NCBI GenBank assembly: GCA_963741205.1 | Contig: CAVUHW010000020.1 | Coordinates: 192,001-256,000 of the forward strand | Direction of reading: 5' to 3' | DNA: 64,000 nt | Origin: Nitrospirota bacterium | GTDB taxonomy: Bacteria; Nitrospirota; UBA9217 | In this document: piece after piece, positions 30,515-41,410 of the stretch | Numbering within the stretch: the stretch's first letter is position 1 | Layout of the letters: the number at the start of each line of letters is the position of its first letter | Notes under the pieces: model-generated | Told to the model about the DNA's origin: nothing | Seen by the model: only the letters and a program-made list of their open reading frames with translations | Database searches by the model: none | Translations under genes and position numbers: made by a program

Positions 30515-32137
30515 TCAAAGAAGTTTATAAATCAGTTCGTTGTCCGAATAATCGATGGGCACGTCGATGATGACAGGCACGTCCCTGGTCAGAGCCTCCC
30601 GGAGCATGGGCTCGAAGTCGCTTGCTGTCTTGAGCCTCATGCCGACAGCGCCGAAGCCCTCGGCCACCTTGATGAAATCGGGGTTCGTGAAATCGACGCC
30701 GTAGGAAGCGCCGAATTTTTTCGTGGATTTCCATTTGATCAGGTTATAGCTGCTGTCGTTGAAGATGACAACGGCCATGCCCAGCTTCATCCGCACCGCG
30801 GTCTCGAGGTCCTGCAAGTTCATCAGGAAGCCGCCGTCGCCGGAGAGAGCGACCACCTTGCGGTCAGGATGTACGAGCTTGGCCACCATGGCCGTGGGCA
30901 GGGAAAATCCCATGGACGCGAAGCCGTTGGAAAGGATGAAGGTATTGTTGTCGTAGACGGGGTAGAATTTGGCAGCCCAGAATTTGCACGTTCCTACGTC
31001 AGAAACCAGGATGTCGGAATCGGCGAGCACCTTCCTGATACCGTACAAAATCTGCGGGGGACGGACGGGCCAGGTCGCATCCTTTCCGATGCGTTCGAAC
31101 TCATCAACGAAATTAGCATGGAGATCGATGGCGCACTGGCTCTTCTTGTTCGTGCTGAGCATGCCCTCGAGGAGTTCGAGACTTTCCCGGATGTCCGAAA
31201 CGATCTCTACCTCGGGCACGTAATGAAGGTCGACCTCGCTCGAAGTAAAATCGATGTGGATGATCTTTTTATCGATCTTCGGATTCCAGTTCTTCGGGGC
31301 ATATTCGACGAGCCCGTAGCCGGTTGCCAAAATAAGATCGGCCTTGCTGAAGACATCTTCGATCTGGCGGTCGTTCGAAAGGCCGAGGGAGCCGATGCAG
31401 GAAGGGCTCCTGGCGCTCACCGCCCCCTTGCCCATGAAGGTCGTGACCACGGGAATGCAGAGCATTTCAGCAAATTGCCGGAGCTGTGCGTTCGCCGCCG
31501 TTCTGACGACGCCGTGTCCGGACAGGATAACGGGAAACTCAGCGGCCTCGATCAGGTCCGCCGCTTTTCTCAAGGACTGCCGGTCGGGAGAGCTCCGTCT
31601 TGCCCTGATGGGCGGGATCATCGCAACGTACATCTCCTTCGTCGTCATGGCCGCGATGTTCTCGGGAAACTCCAGGTGGGTGGGGCCCGGCTTTTCCGAT
31701 TCGGCGAGCTTGAAAGCCTTCCGGACCATCTCGGGAATGACCTCGGGCGACTCGATCCGGCCGTTCCACTTGGTCACGCTCTCGCACATGTCGACGATAT
31801 TGATGTACTGGTGAGATTCCTTGTGGATCCGCTTGAGGTCCGCCTGTCCGGTGATCGCGACCACGGGGGAAGCGTCAAGATAGGCGTCGCCTATGCCGGT
31901 CAGGAGGTTCGTGGCGCCCGGCCCCAGGGTCGACATGCAGACGCCGGCCTTGCCGGTGAACCTTCCGTATGCGTCTGCCATGAAGGCCGCGGCCTGTTCA
32001 TGGCGGGTGAGGATGTATTTTATCTTCGAGGTCCTGAGCGACTCCATCAGGTCGAGCGTTTCTTCGCCGGGAATGCCGAAGACATACTCGACATTTTCAT
32101 TTTCGAGGCATTTTACAAGCAGGTCCGAAGCCTTCAT
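30515..32137 (-). CDS. Acetolactate synthase large subunit (ThDP enzyme)
   Basis: FGIPGEE, RHEQAAAFMA, TLGPGATN and GDGGF...N ThDP motif; no small subunit adjacent. Confidence 0.9.
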   Translation of the reverse strand: MKASDLLVKCLENENVEYVFGIPGEETLDLMESLRTSKIKYILTRHEQAAAFMADAYGRFTGKAGVCMSTLGPGATNLLTGIGDAYLDASPVVAITGQADLKRIHKESHQYINIVDMCESVTKWNGRIESPEVIPEMVRKAFKLAESEKPGPTHLEFPENIAAMTTKEMYVAMIPPIRARRSSPDRQSLRKAADLIEAAEFPVILSGHGVVRTAANAQLRQFAEMLCIPVVTTFMGKGAVSARSPSCIGSLGLSNDRQIEDVFSKADLILATGYGLVEYAPKNWNPKIDKKIIHIDFTSSEVDLHYVPEVEIVSDIRESLELLEGMLSTNKKSQCAIDLHANFVDEFERIGKDATWPVRPPQILYGIRKVLADSDILVSDVGTCKFWAAKFYPVYDNNTFILSNGFASMGFSLPTAMVAKLVHPDRKVVALSGDGGFLMNLQDLETAVRMKLGMAVVIFNDSSYNLIKWKSTKKFGASYGVDFTNPDFIKVAEGFGAVGMRLKTASDFEPMLREALTRDVPVIIDVPIDYSDNELIYKLL

Positions 32138-32267
32138 GCTGGCGATTCCTCCCCACGGCAAAGACAATGCGAACAGACCAAGACAGTGACAGGATCATCC
32201 CGAACATCCGGCCCTGTTTGAGTTACAGGGAATTGCGTTCTGACCTTTTATGCCGAATGCCTGTCTC

Positions 32268-32888
32268 TCAATCCCTGCTGCCGGCATTCAGCAGTTTCTT
32301 CCTCCGGTGGTTCCAGATATACACGGCGATGATGACCACGCTCAGCGTCACGGCCCCGATCAGGGCCTGATGCGAGTACTGCATGATGAGTTCCCTGTTC
32401 TCGCCGATGAAGTAACCGATATAGGTCAGCACCGTGACCCAGAGCCCGGCGCCGAGCAGGGTGTAGAGCGCGAACTTCATATGGTTCATGCCCGCCAGGC
32501 CCGCGGGAAGCGAGATGAGGTGCCGCACCACGGGCAGGAGCCGGCCGATGAAGGTCGATACCTCGCCGTGGTCCTTGAAGAACGTCTCGACCTTGGCGAA
32601 TTTATCCTCCGTGATCCAAACGTATTTCCCGTACTTGAGAAGCAGCGGCCTTCCGAGATAATGCGCGGCAAAATAGTTGGCATAGGCGCCGACGAGGCTT
32701 CCGGCCGTGCCGCAGAGAATGGCGAGCAGCATATTCATCTGGCCCTGCTGCGCGAGGTAGCCGGCCGGCGGCATGACGAGTTCGCTCGGGATGGGGATCA
32801 CCGAACTCTCCATGGCCATGAGCATGAAGATGCCGGGATAGCCCAGGGCGCCGATGGTCTCTAGCAGCCAGTTAATCAGTTCGTGCAT
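32268..32888 (-). CDS. DedA family membrane protein
   Basis: ESSVIPIPSELVMPPAG and GRLLPVVRHLISLPAG. Confidence 0.9.
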   Translation of the reverse strand: MHELINWLLETIGALGYPGIFMLMAMESSVIPIPSELVMPPAGYLAQQGQMNMLLAILCGTAGSLVGAYANYFAAHYLGRPLLLKYGKYVWITEDKFAKVETFFKDHGEVSTFIGRLLPVVRHLISLPAGLAGMNHMKFALYTLLGAGLWVTVLTYIGYFIGENRELIMQYSHQALIGAVTLSVVIIAVYIWNHRRKKLLNAGSRD

Positions 32889-32901
32889 GAGTAACTCCCT
32901 T

Positions 32902-32965
32902 GTTTCGAGTTGCTGCGAGTTGCGAGTTACGGGTTTACATCGGCATTCCGAATCCGCATTCCGAC
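32902..32965. repeat. Heptamer-periodic intergenic tract with two unit types
   Basis: TTCGAGT..TGCGAGT-TGCGAGT-TACGGGT followed by CGGCATT-CCGAAT-CCGCATT-CCGA. Confidence 0.6.
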
Positions 32966-32972
32966 GATTATC

Positions 32973-33874
32973 TTACTCTTCTCCCACTATCCCGATGTTC
33001 CTCAGCATCCGCTCGTCCTCCCGCCAGCCCTTCTTGACCTTGACGTAGAGCTTCAGAAAAACCTTGACGCCGAGAAGTTTCTCGGAGTCCATTCTGGCCA
33101 GGGTGCCGATCTTCTTCAGCATGGCCCCGCCCTTGCCGATCAGGATCCCTTTTTGCGATTCCCGTTCCACGTAGATCACCGCATGGATGCGCGTGATGTC
33201 GGGCTCTTCCTTCATTTCCTCGATCATGACGGCCGTGGAATAGGGGATCTCTTCCTTGGTGAGCTCAAAGATCTTCTCCCGCACGATCTCGCAAACAATG
33301 AACCGCTCGGGCTGGTCCGTGAGCTGGTCATCGGGAAAATATTTCGGCCCCTGCGGCAGCCGTTTGAGAATGGCCGGGACAAGGCCGCCGAGGTCGTTCT
33401 TGAGCGCGGATACGGGGATGATCTCGGCAAAGGGATAGAGTTTGCTGTACTGCTGGATGAGCGGCAGGAGCGCATCTTTCTTGATGAGGTCGACCTTGTT
33501 GATGAGAAGAAAGACCGGCGTCTTCACCTTGGCAAGGGTCTCGATGATGAACCGGTCCCCTCCCCCGGGGGCCTCCGTGGCCTCGACGAGCATGAGGATC
33601 ACATCCACCTCGTTGTACGTCCGGAGCGCGGTCTTGCACCATGAACTCGTTCATCTTGTGCATGGGTTTATGGATGCCCGGCGTGTCCATGAACACCAGC
33701 TGCGCGCCCGGCTGCGTTCACGATGCCGAGGATCTTGTTCCGCGTGGTCTGGGGCTTGTCCGAGATGATGGCGATCTTCTCGCCCAGAAGCGCGTTCAGG
33801 AGCGTGGATTTGCCGACGTTCGGCCTGCCGATGATGGAGATGAAGCCTGACTTGAAGTTGTTTTCTTCTGACAT
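32973..33874 (-). CDS. era: GTPase Era (apparent indels near 33630-33720)
   Basis: [23 protein letters not shown], and a KH domain with REKIF and KGILIGKGG. Confidence 0.95.
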
Positions 33875-34033
33875 GGGAGACAGGATACCCGAAATGAGGG
33901 CCGCGCGCAACTGAAAAGCCGGAAGCGGGGGCCCCTTGGCCGGACTATGACCGTGCACCCGGAAGACCGCTTGTTCGCCGAAACGTCGATCGGGCTGCAA
34001 CACGCGAAAAGCTTACCTCGGATCAATTTCCAT

Positions 34034-34063
34034 TTGACAATACCGTGTGATTATCGGTATTAT
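34034..34063 (+). promoter_or_regulatory. nadA sigma70 promoter with an internal palindrome
   Basis: TTGACA-N18-TATTAT overlapped by AATACCG-N9-CGGTATT; ATG follows 9 nt after the -10 box. Confidence 0.5.
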
Positions 34064-34072
34064 CCACTACCT

Positions 34073-35069
34073 ATGACCGCGACAGACTGATATCAATACC
34101 CTCCGCGAAAAGATCCTCAAGCTCAAGAAAGACCTGAACGCCATCATCCTCGCGCACAATTACCAGCGCCCCGAGGTTCAGGACATAGCCGACATCACCG
34201 GCGACTCCCTTGAGCTTTCGCGCGCCGCGGCACGGACGGACTACGACGTGATCGTCTTTTGCGGCGTCCATTTCATGGCCGAGAGCGCCTCGATCCTTTC
34301 CCCGGACAAGACCGTGCTGCTCCCCGAGATCACTGCGGGCTGCCCCATGGCCGACATGGTCACGGTCAAGGGCCCGCGCAAGACGAAGCGGGAGCTTTTC
34401 ACCGACGTCCTCGGCGTCACCTTCGAGTTCGCCGACGAGTTCACCCTTCTCGACCTCAAGAAACAGCATCCCGGCGTCCCGGTCGTGGCCTACGTGAACA
34501 CCTCGGCCGCGGTCAAGGCCGAGAGCGACATCTGCTGCACCTCGTCCAACGTGGTCAAGGTCGTGGAGTCCCTGAAGGAGGATACGGTCATCTGCATTCC
34601 CGACCGGAACCTCTCCGCCTATGCCGCGAAACGGACGAACAAAAAGATCATCTCCTGGGACGGGTTCTGCAACGTGCACCATGCCCATCTCGACGTCGAG
34701 GATGTAAAAAAGGCAAAAGCCGAACATCCCGACGCCGTTCTGGTCGTCCATCCTGAATGCCCGCCCGAGGTCCAGGACATGGCGGACATTATCACGAGCA
34801 CCTCGGGAATGCTGCGGTTCTGCAAGGAGTCGAACCAAAAGGAATTCATCATCGGCACCGAGGAAGGGATCCTCCACCGCCTGCGGAAGGAAAGTCCGGA
34901 CAAGCAGTTCTACGTCCTGAACAAAGAAATGGTATGCCCCAACATGAAACGGACGAAGCTCGAAAGCGTGCTTCGCGCCCTGGAAAAACGCGAGCACGTG
35001 ATCACGGTCCCCGAGGATATCCGCGTTAAGGCAAAGCGGGCGTTGGACAGGATGCTGGAAATTTCATAA
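34073..35069 (+). CDS. nadA: Quinolinate synthase NadA (indel just after the start)
   Basis: [43 protein letters not shown] and CPNMK. Confidence 0.95.
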
Positions 35070-35072
35070 ACA

Positions 35073-35156
35073 AGTTCAGAGTTAACAGTTCAAAGTTCAG
35101 AGTATAACCTCTCCGTTTTTCCCGTTGTGCTCTGAACCCTGAACTTTTGAGCTCTA
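35073..35156. repeat. Heptamer-periodic inverted-repeat element (AGTTCAG units)
   Basis: AGTTCAG-AGTTAAC-AGTTCAA-AGTTCAG-AGTATAA ... CTCTGAA-CCCTGAA-CTTTTGA-GCTCT. Confidence 0.7.
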
Positions 35157-35160
35157 TCTT

Positions 35161-36327
35161 ATGCAGATCGCAATCCTCATACTCGTAGCCGCCGTTGTTC
35201 TCATCCTCCTCTGGCTCGTCATCCAGTCGCAGAAGAAGACCGTTGACCCCACTGTCAGCCTTCTCCAGCGGGAGGTCGAATCCCTTCGAGGCCAGCTCAC
35301 CGAGTCCATGCAGCGGGGCCAGGATACGGTTAACCAGCAGCTCGGCCAGATCAACCTGCAGGTGAGTACCCAGCTCGGGAAAGTAACAGAGCAGGTGAAC
35401 ATGCAGCTCGGCCAGGCAACATCTCAGATGAACGCACGTTTGGGTCAGGTGACGGAGCAGCTCCAGAAATCAACGGGCGACCTTAACACGAGACTGGACA
35501 ATGCGGCCAAGGTCGTATCGGAAGTGAGCAAAGGACTGGGAGGCCTCGCTGAAGCGACAAAGAAGGTCTTTGACGTAGGCAAGGACATTGCGAGTCTGCA
35601 GGAGATCCTGCGTTCTCCGAAGCTCAGGGGCGGGCTGGGAGAGCTTTTTCTCGGAGACCTTCTGGCCCAGATCTTCCCGCCTGCGCACTACACGCTGCAG
35701 CACCGCTTCAAGAGCGGCGAGGCCGTGGACGCGGTCATCAGGCTCGGGCACAACCTCGTGCCGATCGACGCCAAGTTCCCGCTCGAGAACTTCAGGCGCG
35801 TCGTGGAGACGGTTACGGAGGACGAGCGAAAGACCGCCAAAAGAAAGTTCATCAGCGACGTTAAAAAGCATGTCGATGCCATCTCCGGGAAATATATTCT
35901 TCCCGACGAAGGGACTTTCGACTTCGCGCTCATGTACATCCCGGCTGAGAATGTGTACTACGAACTCATCATCAAGGACGAGGCCGTGGACACGGACAAG
36001 GCGCTCCTGAACTACGCTTTCACCAAACGGGTCATCCCCGTCTCGCCGAACAGTTTTTACGCCTACCTCCAGACCATTCTTCTCGGCCTCAAGGGCATGC
36101 ATGTCGAGGAACAGGCCCAGGATATCCTGAAAAACCTCGCGCGGCTATCGGGAGACTTTGAGCGGTTTCGGAATGATTTCGAGCTGGTGGGAAAACACCT
36201 TACCAATGTGAAGACAAAATATGACGACGCGGACAGGAAGCTGGAGAAGTTCGGCGACCGGCTTCAGTCCCTGAGCGGGACGGAGGCCGGCTCGGTTATT
36301 GAAGAAGCGACAAAGCTGCCGCTGTGA
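35161..36327 (+). CDS. rmuC: DNA recombination protein RmuC
   Basis: TM anchor, coiled coil, KLRGGLGE, IDAKFP, FALMYIPAE and VSP motifs. Confidence 0.9.
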   Translation: MQIAILILVAAVVLILLWLVIQSQKKTVDPTVSLLQREVESLRGQLTESMQRGQDTVNQQLGQINLQVSTQLGKVTEQVNMQLGQATSQMNARLGQVTEQLQKSTGDLNTRLDNAAKVVSEVSKGLGGLAEATKKVFDVGKDIASLQEILRSPKLRGGLGELFLGDLLAQIFPPAHYTLQHRFKSGEAVDAVIRLGHNLVPIDAKFPLENFRRVVETVTEDERKTAKRKFISDVKKHVDAISGKYILPDEGTFDFALMYIPAENVYYELIIKDEAVDTDKALLNYAFTKRVIPVSPNSFYAYLQTILLGLKGMHVEEQAQDILKNLARLSGDFERFRNDFELVGKHLTNVKTKYDDADRKLEKFGDRLQSLSGTEAGSVIEEATKLPL

Positions 36328-36443
36328 CCCCTTCCGATCAGTTGTTCCTTATTTCATGAGAGAATCGGCCTCCCCTGTATTTTCTTCTTGTTTTGTCATC
36401 CTCTACGGGGTATTTACTTTACTCAACTAAACACAAAACCGGA

Positions 36444-38093
36444 TCAGGTTGCTTTCACATCGCTCACAACGACCCTGTTCTTCCCGCTCCTTTTGGCATC
36501 GTAGAGCGCCTTGTCAGCCGCCGCGATAAAGTCCCGGATGGTCGTTGCATTCTCGGGGCAGGATGCGACCCCGACACTCACGGTAAGACTTAAACGGTGT
36601 TCATCAGCGGAGAAAACAGTGCTTTCGATTTTTTTCCTGATCCTTTCCGCGACGTATTCCCCTCCGGCGCTTCCGGTTGCGATCAGGGTCACGGCGAACT
36701 CCTCCCCCCCATAACGGAAATCGGCGTCCTCGCCCCGCGTCGAACGCAGGATGCGTTGAGCCACTTCCTTCAGGACCTGATCGCCCGCCGGATGACCGTA
36801 CGTATCGTTGACAGCCTTAAAATTATCCACATCGATCATCAGGAGGGTTAATTTCTCGCCGTAGCGCTCATAGCGCGCAAAATTCTTTTCCATGTAATTT
36901 CTGAAATGTCTCTGCGAATAGAGCCCGGTCAACTCGTCGGTGATGGCGATCTCATACAGCGCAGCATTATCCATAGCCACGGCGATATGGCCGCCCATCG
37001 CCTTGACCAGGCTAATCCCGGCAGCGTCGAAAGGGCCTCCGCTTTTTTTTGCGATGATCAAGGCAAGGCGGGCGCCGCTTTTACAGATCGGCAGGTAGAT
37101 TTCTTTTCCTTCCGCGATGACCTCTTCGCAGGTCAGCGCTCCGCTCTGCCAGGAGACGAGAACGCGCCGATCGGGGTCGTCGTCAGGAAACATCCTCCGG
37201 TCGACCTTGTTGTCGCTTTTTCTCCAAACGATCCCGCCGTATTCACTTTTCTCCTTGGGAAAAATGATATCGATCTGGTCCGCATCGAGTATCTCCCGGA
37301 TGATCTCGATAACGGCCTGCCTCGCTTCATCCATGTCGATGGTCTTGCTCAGGCGGTCCACGATCCGGTAGACCAGAGACAGTTCCGTGGATTTAAGAAC
37401 GACCTCGGTGATATATTTGTCCAAACCATTCGACAGAACCCGCGACAGGAGCGGGACGAGAATGACGAGGCACAACAGGCCGGAAGCGGCGATCATGAGT
37501 TCCACCCTGGTGACGAGTGCATACACGGGCCGTACTGAGCGGTCGATGATCAGTTTGCCGTTTATCCGGTCCGTCGCGGGATGGCAGACTTGGCAGGGCT
37601 TTTGATTATAGATGATCACAACCGTCCGCAGCACCTCTTGCCTGCCGACAGGAATGATCATGGTGGTTTCATGAGGGACGGTCACGGGACCCGTATGGCA
37701 GACCCTGCAGGATTGCTCCTGGAACCGGTCGATGAGAACACCGGTCTCGCGTTTGTCGGAAGAATACACAATCCGTCCATTCTTGTTCAGGATGAAGGCC
37801 TTCACGATGGAGGATTCGTGCGACGAGATGGTTTCGAGCGTGCGCTGTATATTGTCGGGATTGCGCACCAGCATGAGGTCGCTGAAGCTCAACCGGATGA
37901 CCTCGCCCAGTTCCCGGGTCTTGGCCTTGCTGTCGTCCAGAAGCCGAACCCGCAGAACCGCCGCAATGGAAACCATGGCGACTACCACGGTAAGCGTCGA
38001 CACGAGGAGGACGCCGATGATGATCCTCCTCTTGTACCCATAGAGCCAGTCGGAAGTCCGCTGGTCGTCGCTGTTTTGTCTGGCACTGTCCAT
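36444..38093 (-). CDS. Membrane diguanylate cyclase with a periplasmic di-heme c sensor (TM-sensor-TM-GAF-like-GGDEF)
   Basis: CRVCH and CQVCH between two TM helices; RGED I-site and GGEEF. Start uncertain. Confidence 0.85.
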   Translation of the reverse strand: MDSARQNSDDQRTSDWLYGYKRRIIIGVLLVSTLTVVVAMVSIAAVLRVRLLDDSKAKTRELGEVIRLSFSDLMLVRNPDNIQRTLETISSHESSIVKAFILNKNGRIVYSSDKRETGVLIDRFQEQSCRVCHTGPVTVPHETTMIIPVGRQEVLRTVVIIYNQKPCQVCHPATDRINGKLIIDRSVRPVYALVTRVELMIAASGLLCLVILVPLLSRVLSNGLDKYITEVVLKSTELSLVYRIVDRLSKTIDMDEARQAVIEIIREILDADQIDIIFPKEKSEYGGIVWRKSDNKVDRRMFPDDDPDRRVLVSWQSGALTCEEVIAEGKEIYLPICKSGARLALIIAKKSGGPFDAAGISLVKAMGGHIAVAMDNAALYEIAITDELTGLYSQRHFRNYMEKNFARYERYGEKLTLLMIDVDNFKAVNDTYGHPAGDQVLKEVAQRILRSTRGEDADFRYGGEEFAVTLIATGSAGGEYVAERIRKKIESTVFSADEHRLSLTVSVGVASCPENATTIRDFIAAADKALYDAKRSGKNRVVVSDVKAT

Positions 38094-38263
38094 AAGGTAT
38101 TGCCAATAGTCCCGGAGACGGGTTTGCGGCGCACCAGTCGCGGATGATGCGGTTTTCGGGAAAAGACAAAACGAAACACACAAAAAAACACGGACCGAGG
38201 ATGCTCACCTCAATCCGTGTCTATGATGATTGTTCACGGCAAACGGAACAAATGCATGGCGGT

Positions 38264-38458
38264 TTAAGCCTTCTTCTCTTCCTGTTTGTGCTCGATCGGC
38301 GTCGCGCCTGTTTGCTCTTCCTTCATCGCCTTTTTAAAGGCCTTAATACTCTTTCCGAGGCCTTCTCCGAGCTCCGGCAGTTTCCCGGGGCCGAAAATGA
38401 TGAGTACGATGACCAGGATCAGGATCAGGTGCATCGGCTGAAACAGTCCTTCAAACAT
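38264..38458 (-). CDS. tatA: Twin-arginine translocase TatA/E subunit
   Basis: [24 protein letters not shown]; upstream TTGCAA-N17-TATAAT promoter and AGGAGG RBS. Confidence 0.9.
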   Translation of the reverse strand: MFEGLFQPMHLILILVIVLIIFGPGKLPELGEGLGKSIKAFKKAMKEEQTGATPIEHKQEEKKA

Positions 38459-38556
38459 AGGTATACTCCTCCTTCACCAAATATACCAATTATACCCGGC
38501 TCTCACTTCGATTGCAATATATTATGGGAAATTATTATCAGGACGAACGGAAGGTG

Positions 38557-39413
38557 TCAACTTTTGACCACCAGAACCGGACAAGGCGCGTAGCCGATGA
38601 CCTTTTCAGTCACGCTCCCCATGAGGAGCCGGCGAAGGCCCGTCCGCCCGTGTGAGCCCAGGACGATCATATCGGCCTTCTGTTCCTGGGCCAGGTTGTT
38701 GACCGCCTGGTACGCTTCAGCCTCGCCCACAAAGGTCTCGGTTTTTACCCCTGCGGCCTCGGCCTGTTTCTTCACATCGGCCACGAAGCCTTTGGCCTTG
38801 CGCACAAGGTCCTCCACCGCGCTGGGGGCCTCCGCGTAGAATTCCGCGGGAACGTCCACGACCGACAGGACCCTCAGCTCCCCGCCGTAGGCCTTGGCAA
38901 AGGAGATCGCGCGCTCCGCCGCGGCCGCGCTGTACTTGGAGCCGTCCGTCGCAAGGACGATCGTTTTCCATCCCACCTTCGTGCCGTTCGGGAACAACGA
39001 GCACGTCCCGTTGGGTGTGCCCGATGACCCTCGCCGTCACAACCCCCACGAGCATGTTCGCGACAGGGCGAAGCCCCCGCCTTCCCATGATGATGAGATC
39101 GCAATTCTCGGCGTCGGCCAGATCGACGATGCGCTCGTAGATTTCCCCTTCTTCGCAGACGGTCTTGATGAGCGCCCGTTCCGATTCCGCCAGCTTCCGC
39201 GCCTCATTCAGGGCGTCATCACAGGGCTTTCGAAGGGAGGCCCTGATGTCCTTGACCCCGAGTGTCTCCATCTCGCCTTCGTAGGGCGGGACCACGGACG
39301 TTACGGTAATCCAGCACTTCTCGTCAACAGCAAACCGGAACGCCTGCTGAGAGCGCGTTCCGGCTTGATTCAGAACCATCGACCGCTACAAGGATCTTTC
39401 TATATTTCCCCAT
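38557..39413 (-). CDS. Tandem-domain universal stress protein (frameshifted)
   Basis: MGKYRKILVAVDGS, DLIIMGRRG, IVLATDGS and GSHGRTGLRRLLMGSVTEKV. Confidence 0.85.
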
Positions 39414-40481
39414 GCTCCAAGGCTCCCGCTGCAAGCTGCAGTCTCTCTGCCTGGCGTCCCTGCCACATGGCACGGAGAACGATGAAAGCGCCGATCAGCA
39501 ATGCGAAGATCATTATAGCAAAGCTGGCGGTCTTGAGCAAGGATACGGTGCCGTCGCCGAGCTTGTCGATCAGCCCGAGCTGGGCAAGGTATACCGGTAC
39601 CATGAGGCCGCGGGAAAAGAGCACGATCACCATGATCAATCCCATCACGACCTTGATCATGAAGGGCTTCACATAGGTGGTGCCGATGGCTCCGAGCTGG
39701 ATGCCGAAGAGCGAGCCGGCGAGGATGATCATGGCGAGCCGGATGTCCACCATGCCGTGGAGCGCATACTTGAGCGAACCGCCCAGGCCCATGACAAAGG
39801 CGATAACCAGCTCCGTGGCCGAAGCCATGAGGCTCGGCGCGCCGAGAACGTAGATCATCGCGGGGACGCCGATGAAACCGCCAACCGCGATCGTGGCGGC
39901 CAGCATGCCCGTGGCAAAACCGAAAGGAATAGTGAAGAGGATGGATACGCGGGCATTGATGCTCTTGAAATAGACCATGGTGCCCGGGATATTGATGGAC
40001 TGGACCCACTTTGCCAGTTTTCCGGTCTTTTCCGCTGTCTGGTATTGCCGGACTTGTAGGTCTTCCAGGCGTCATAGAGAACAAAACCGCCGACCGTAGC
40101 GAGGATCACGACAAAGGCCACGCTGACATAGAGGTTCGAACCTGCGTCGCCGAAGGCCTTCTTGATGTTTTCCTGAATCTGGGCGCCGTAGAGCACCCCC
40201 GCCTCGGCCGATACGCCGAGAACGATGCCGAGTTTCACGTCCACCTGCCCGTATTTGGCCCGCTTGAGCGCGCCCACGAGGGCTTTGGGAAACTTGTGGC
40301 ACATGTTGCTGGCCACTGCCATGAGCCCCGGGACGCCGAGGCTCATCATGCCCGGAGTGAGTACGAATGCGCCGCCGGAACCGATAAATCCGCTGACGAG
40401 GCCGCCGACAAAGCCAACCCCGAACAGGTAGAGGATCGTCATAGCATCAAGATTGATGAAATTCGCCGCAAGGTCATGCAT
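39400..40481 (-). CDS. Sulfite exporter TauE/SafE (TSUP) family transporter (indel near 40035)
   Basis: GLVSGFIGSGGAFVLTP and ATIAVGGFIGVPAMIY half-repeats; multiple TM helices. Confidence 0.85.
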
Positions 40482-40482
40482 C

Positions 40483-40734
40483 TTATTTTACCTCCTTTTT
40501 CTTCTTCGAAGCCTCGACGCCGAGCACGGTCCAGAAATGGCCGGTGAATGTGCCGTGAAAATAAGAAAAGACAAATGCCGTGATGATCGGCAACAGCGCA
40601 TACAGTCCGCCTTTCGCGAAGTTGCTGTTGATCAGGTCCTGCTTCGCCAGAAGGGTCGCATAGAGCGCTACGGAAATGATGCCCATAACGATCATCGTGC
40701 CCACCGGCTTCTTCCTTGTGGTGCTTTGTGCCAT
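40483..40734 (-). CDS. Small two-TM membrane protein upstream of TauE
   Basis: 83 aa, two hydrophobic segments, FSYFHGTFTGHFW; AAGGAGG RBS. Confidence 0.7.
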   Translation of the reverse strand: MAQSTTRKKPVGTMIVMGIISVALYATLLAKQDLINSNFAKGGLYALLPIITAFVFSYFHGTFTGHFWTVLGVEASKKKKEVK

Positions 40735-40766
40735 GATAATTCCTCCTTGGATTGATTTAAAAAACT

Positions 40767-40834
40767 GTTTCGAGTCTCGGGTTTATGGTCTCGAGTTAAG
40801 GCGATCACAACTCGAGACTTGAAACTCATAGACT
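40767..40834. repeat. Heptamer-periodic inverted-repeat element (GT(T/C)TCGA units)
   Basis: GTTTCGA-GTCTCGG-GTTTATG-GTCTCGA-GTT ... AACTCGAGAC-TTGAAAC; 10-bp perfect inner stem. Confidence 0.7.
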
Positions 40835-40846
40835 TTCCCTGTAAAC

Positions 40847-41354
40847 TTACGCCCTGGCCCCGTCCATGACCACGACGAGCGGGCATTTCAGTTTCCGCCA
40901 CAATTCTGAAAGCTCTTTGTCATGCTTGTTGCAGTCGTCGTCGAGGCTGGCCGGAGGACTCGATGACCGCGAACAGAATTTCTTTTTCACTGTTCGTATA
41001 TTCGATGATCTGCTGTTTGAGGCAACCCGACCGTGGAACGAGCCGGTGCTTGACTCCCTTCCGCCGCGAGTTCAGCCTCGAACGCCTCGAGGCGCCGGGT
41101 CGCCGCGCTTGCCCGTCGGCACGGGGCGAACTGACAGTAAAGGATGTCGAGCTGCGCGTTGATCCGCTTGGCTGTATTCAGGGCGTATTTCAGTGTCTTC
41201 GCGTCGATCTGTCCCGCTTTGAGCCGAGCAGCACGCGCCTTGATTCCGTCATAAGAGAACGCGCGGTTTCCACATCCCCCTCTTCGGCAAACGAGGCCGC
41301 TGTCAAGCGCATGTTCCACAGCTTCATCATCTTCTTAAATTTAGTCGTTTCCAT
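40847..41354 (-). CDS. USP-like protein with an N-terminal AASFAEEG motif (frameshifted)
   Basis: Reconstructed METTKFKK...AASFAEEGDVETAR...LKYALNTAKRINAQLDILY...LKCPLVVV. Confidence 0.6.
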
Positions 41355-41410
41355 GATCCCTCTTTTAACACTCTGCCGCACTCTGAATTTCTCTGTACTC
41401 TGACTCTAAC

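Noticed and set aside
7289-38093. GGDEF proteins as Hypr-type cGAMP synthases
   Set aside because: All three keep the guanine-specifying Asp (GHPVGD, GHLFGD, GHPAGD) rather than Ser or Thr, consistent with ordinary diguanylate cyclases.
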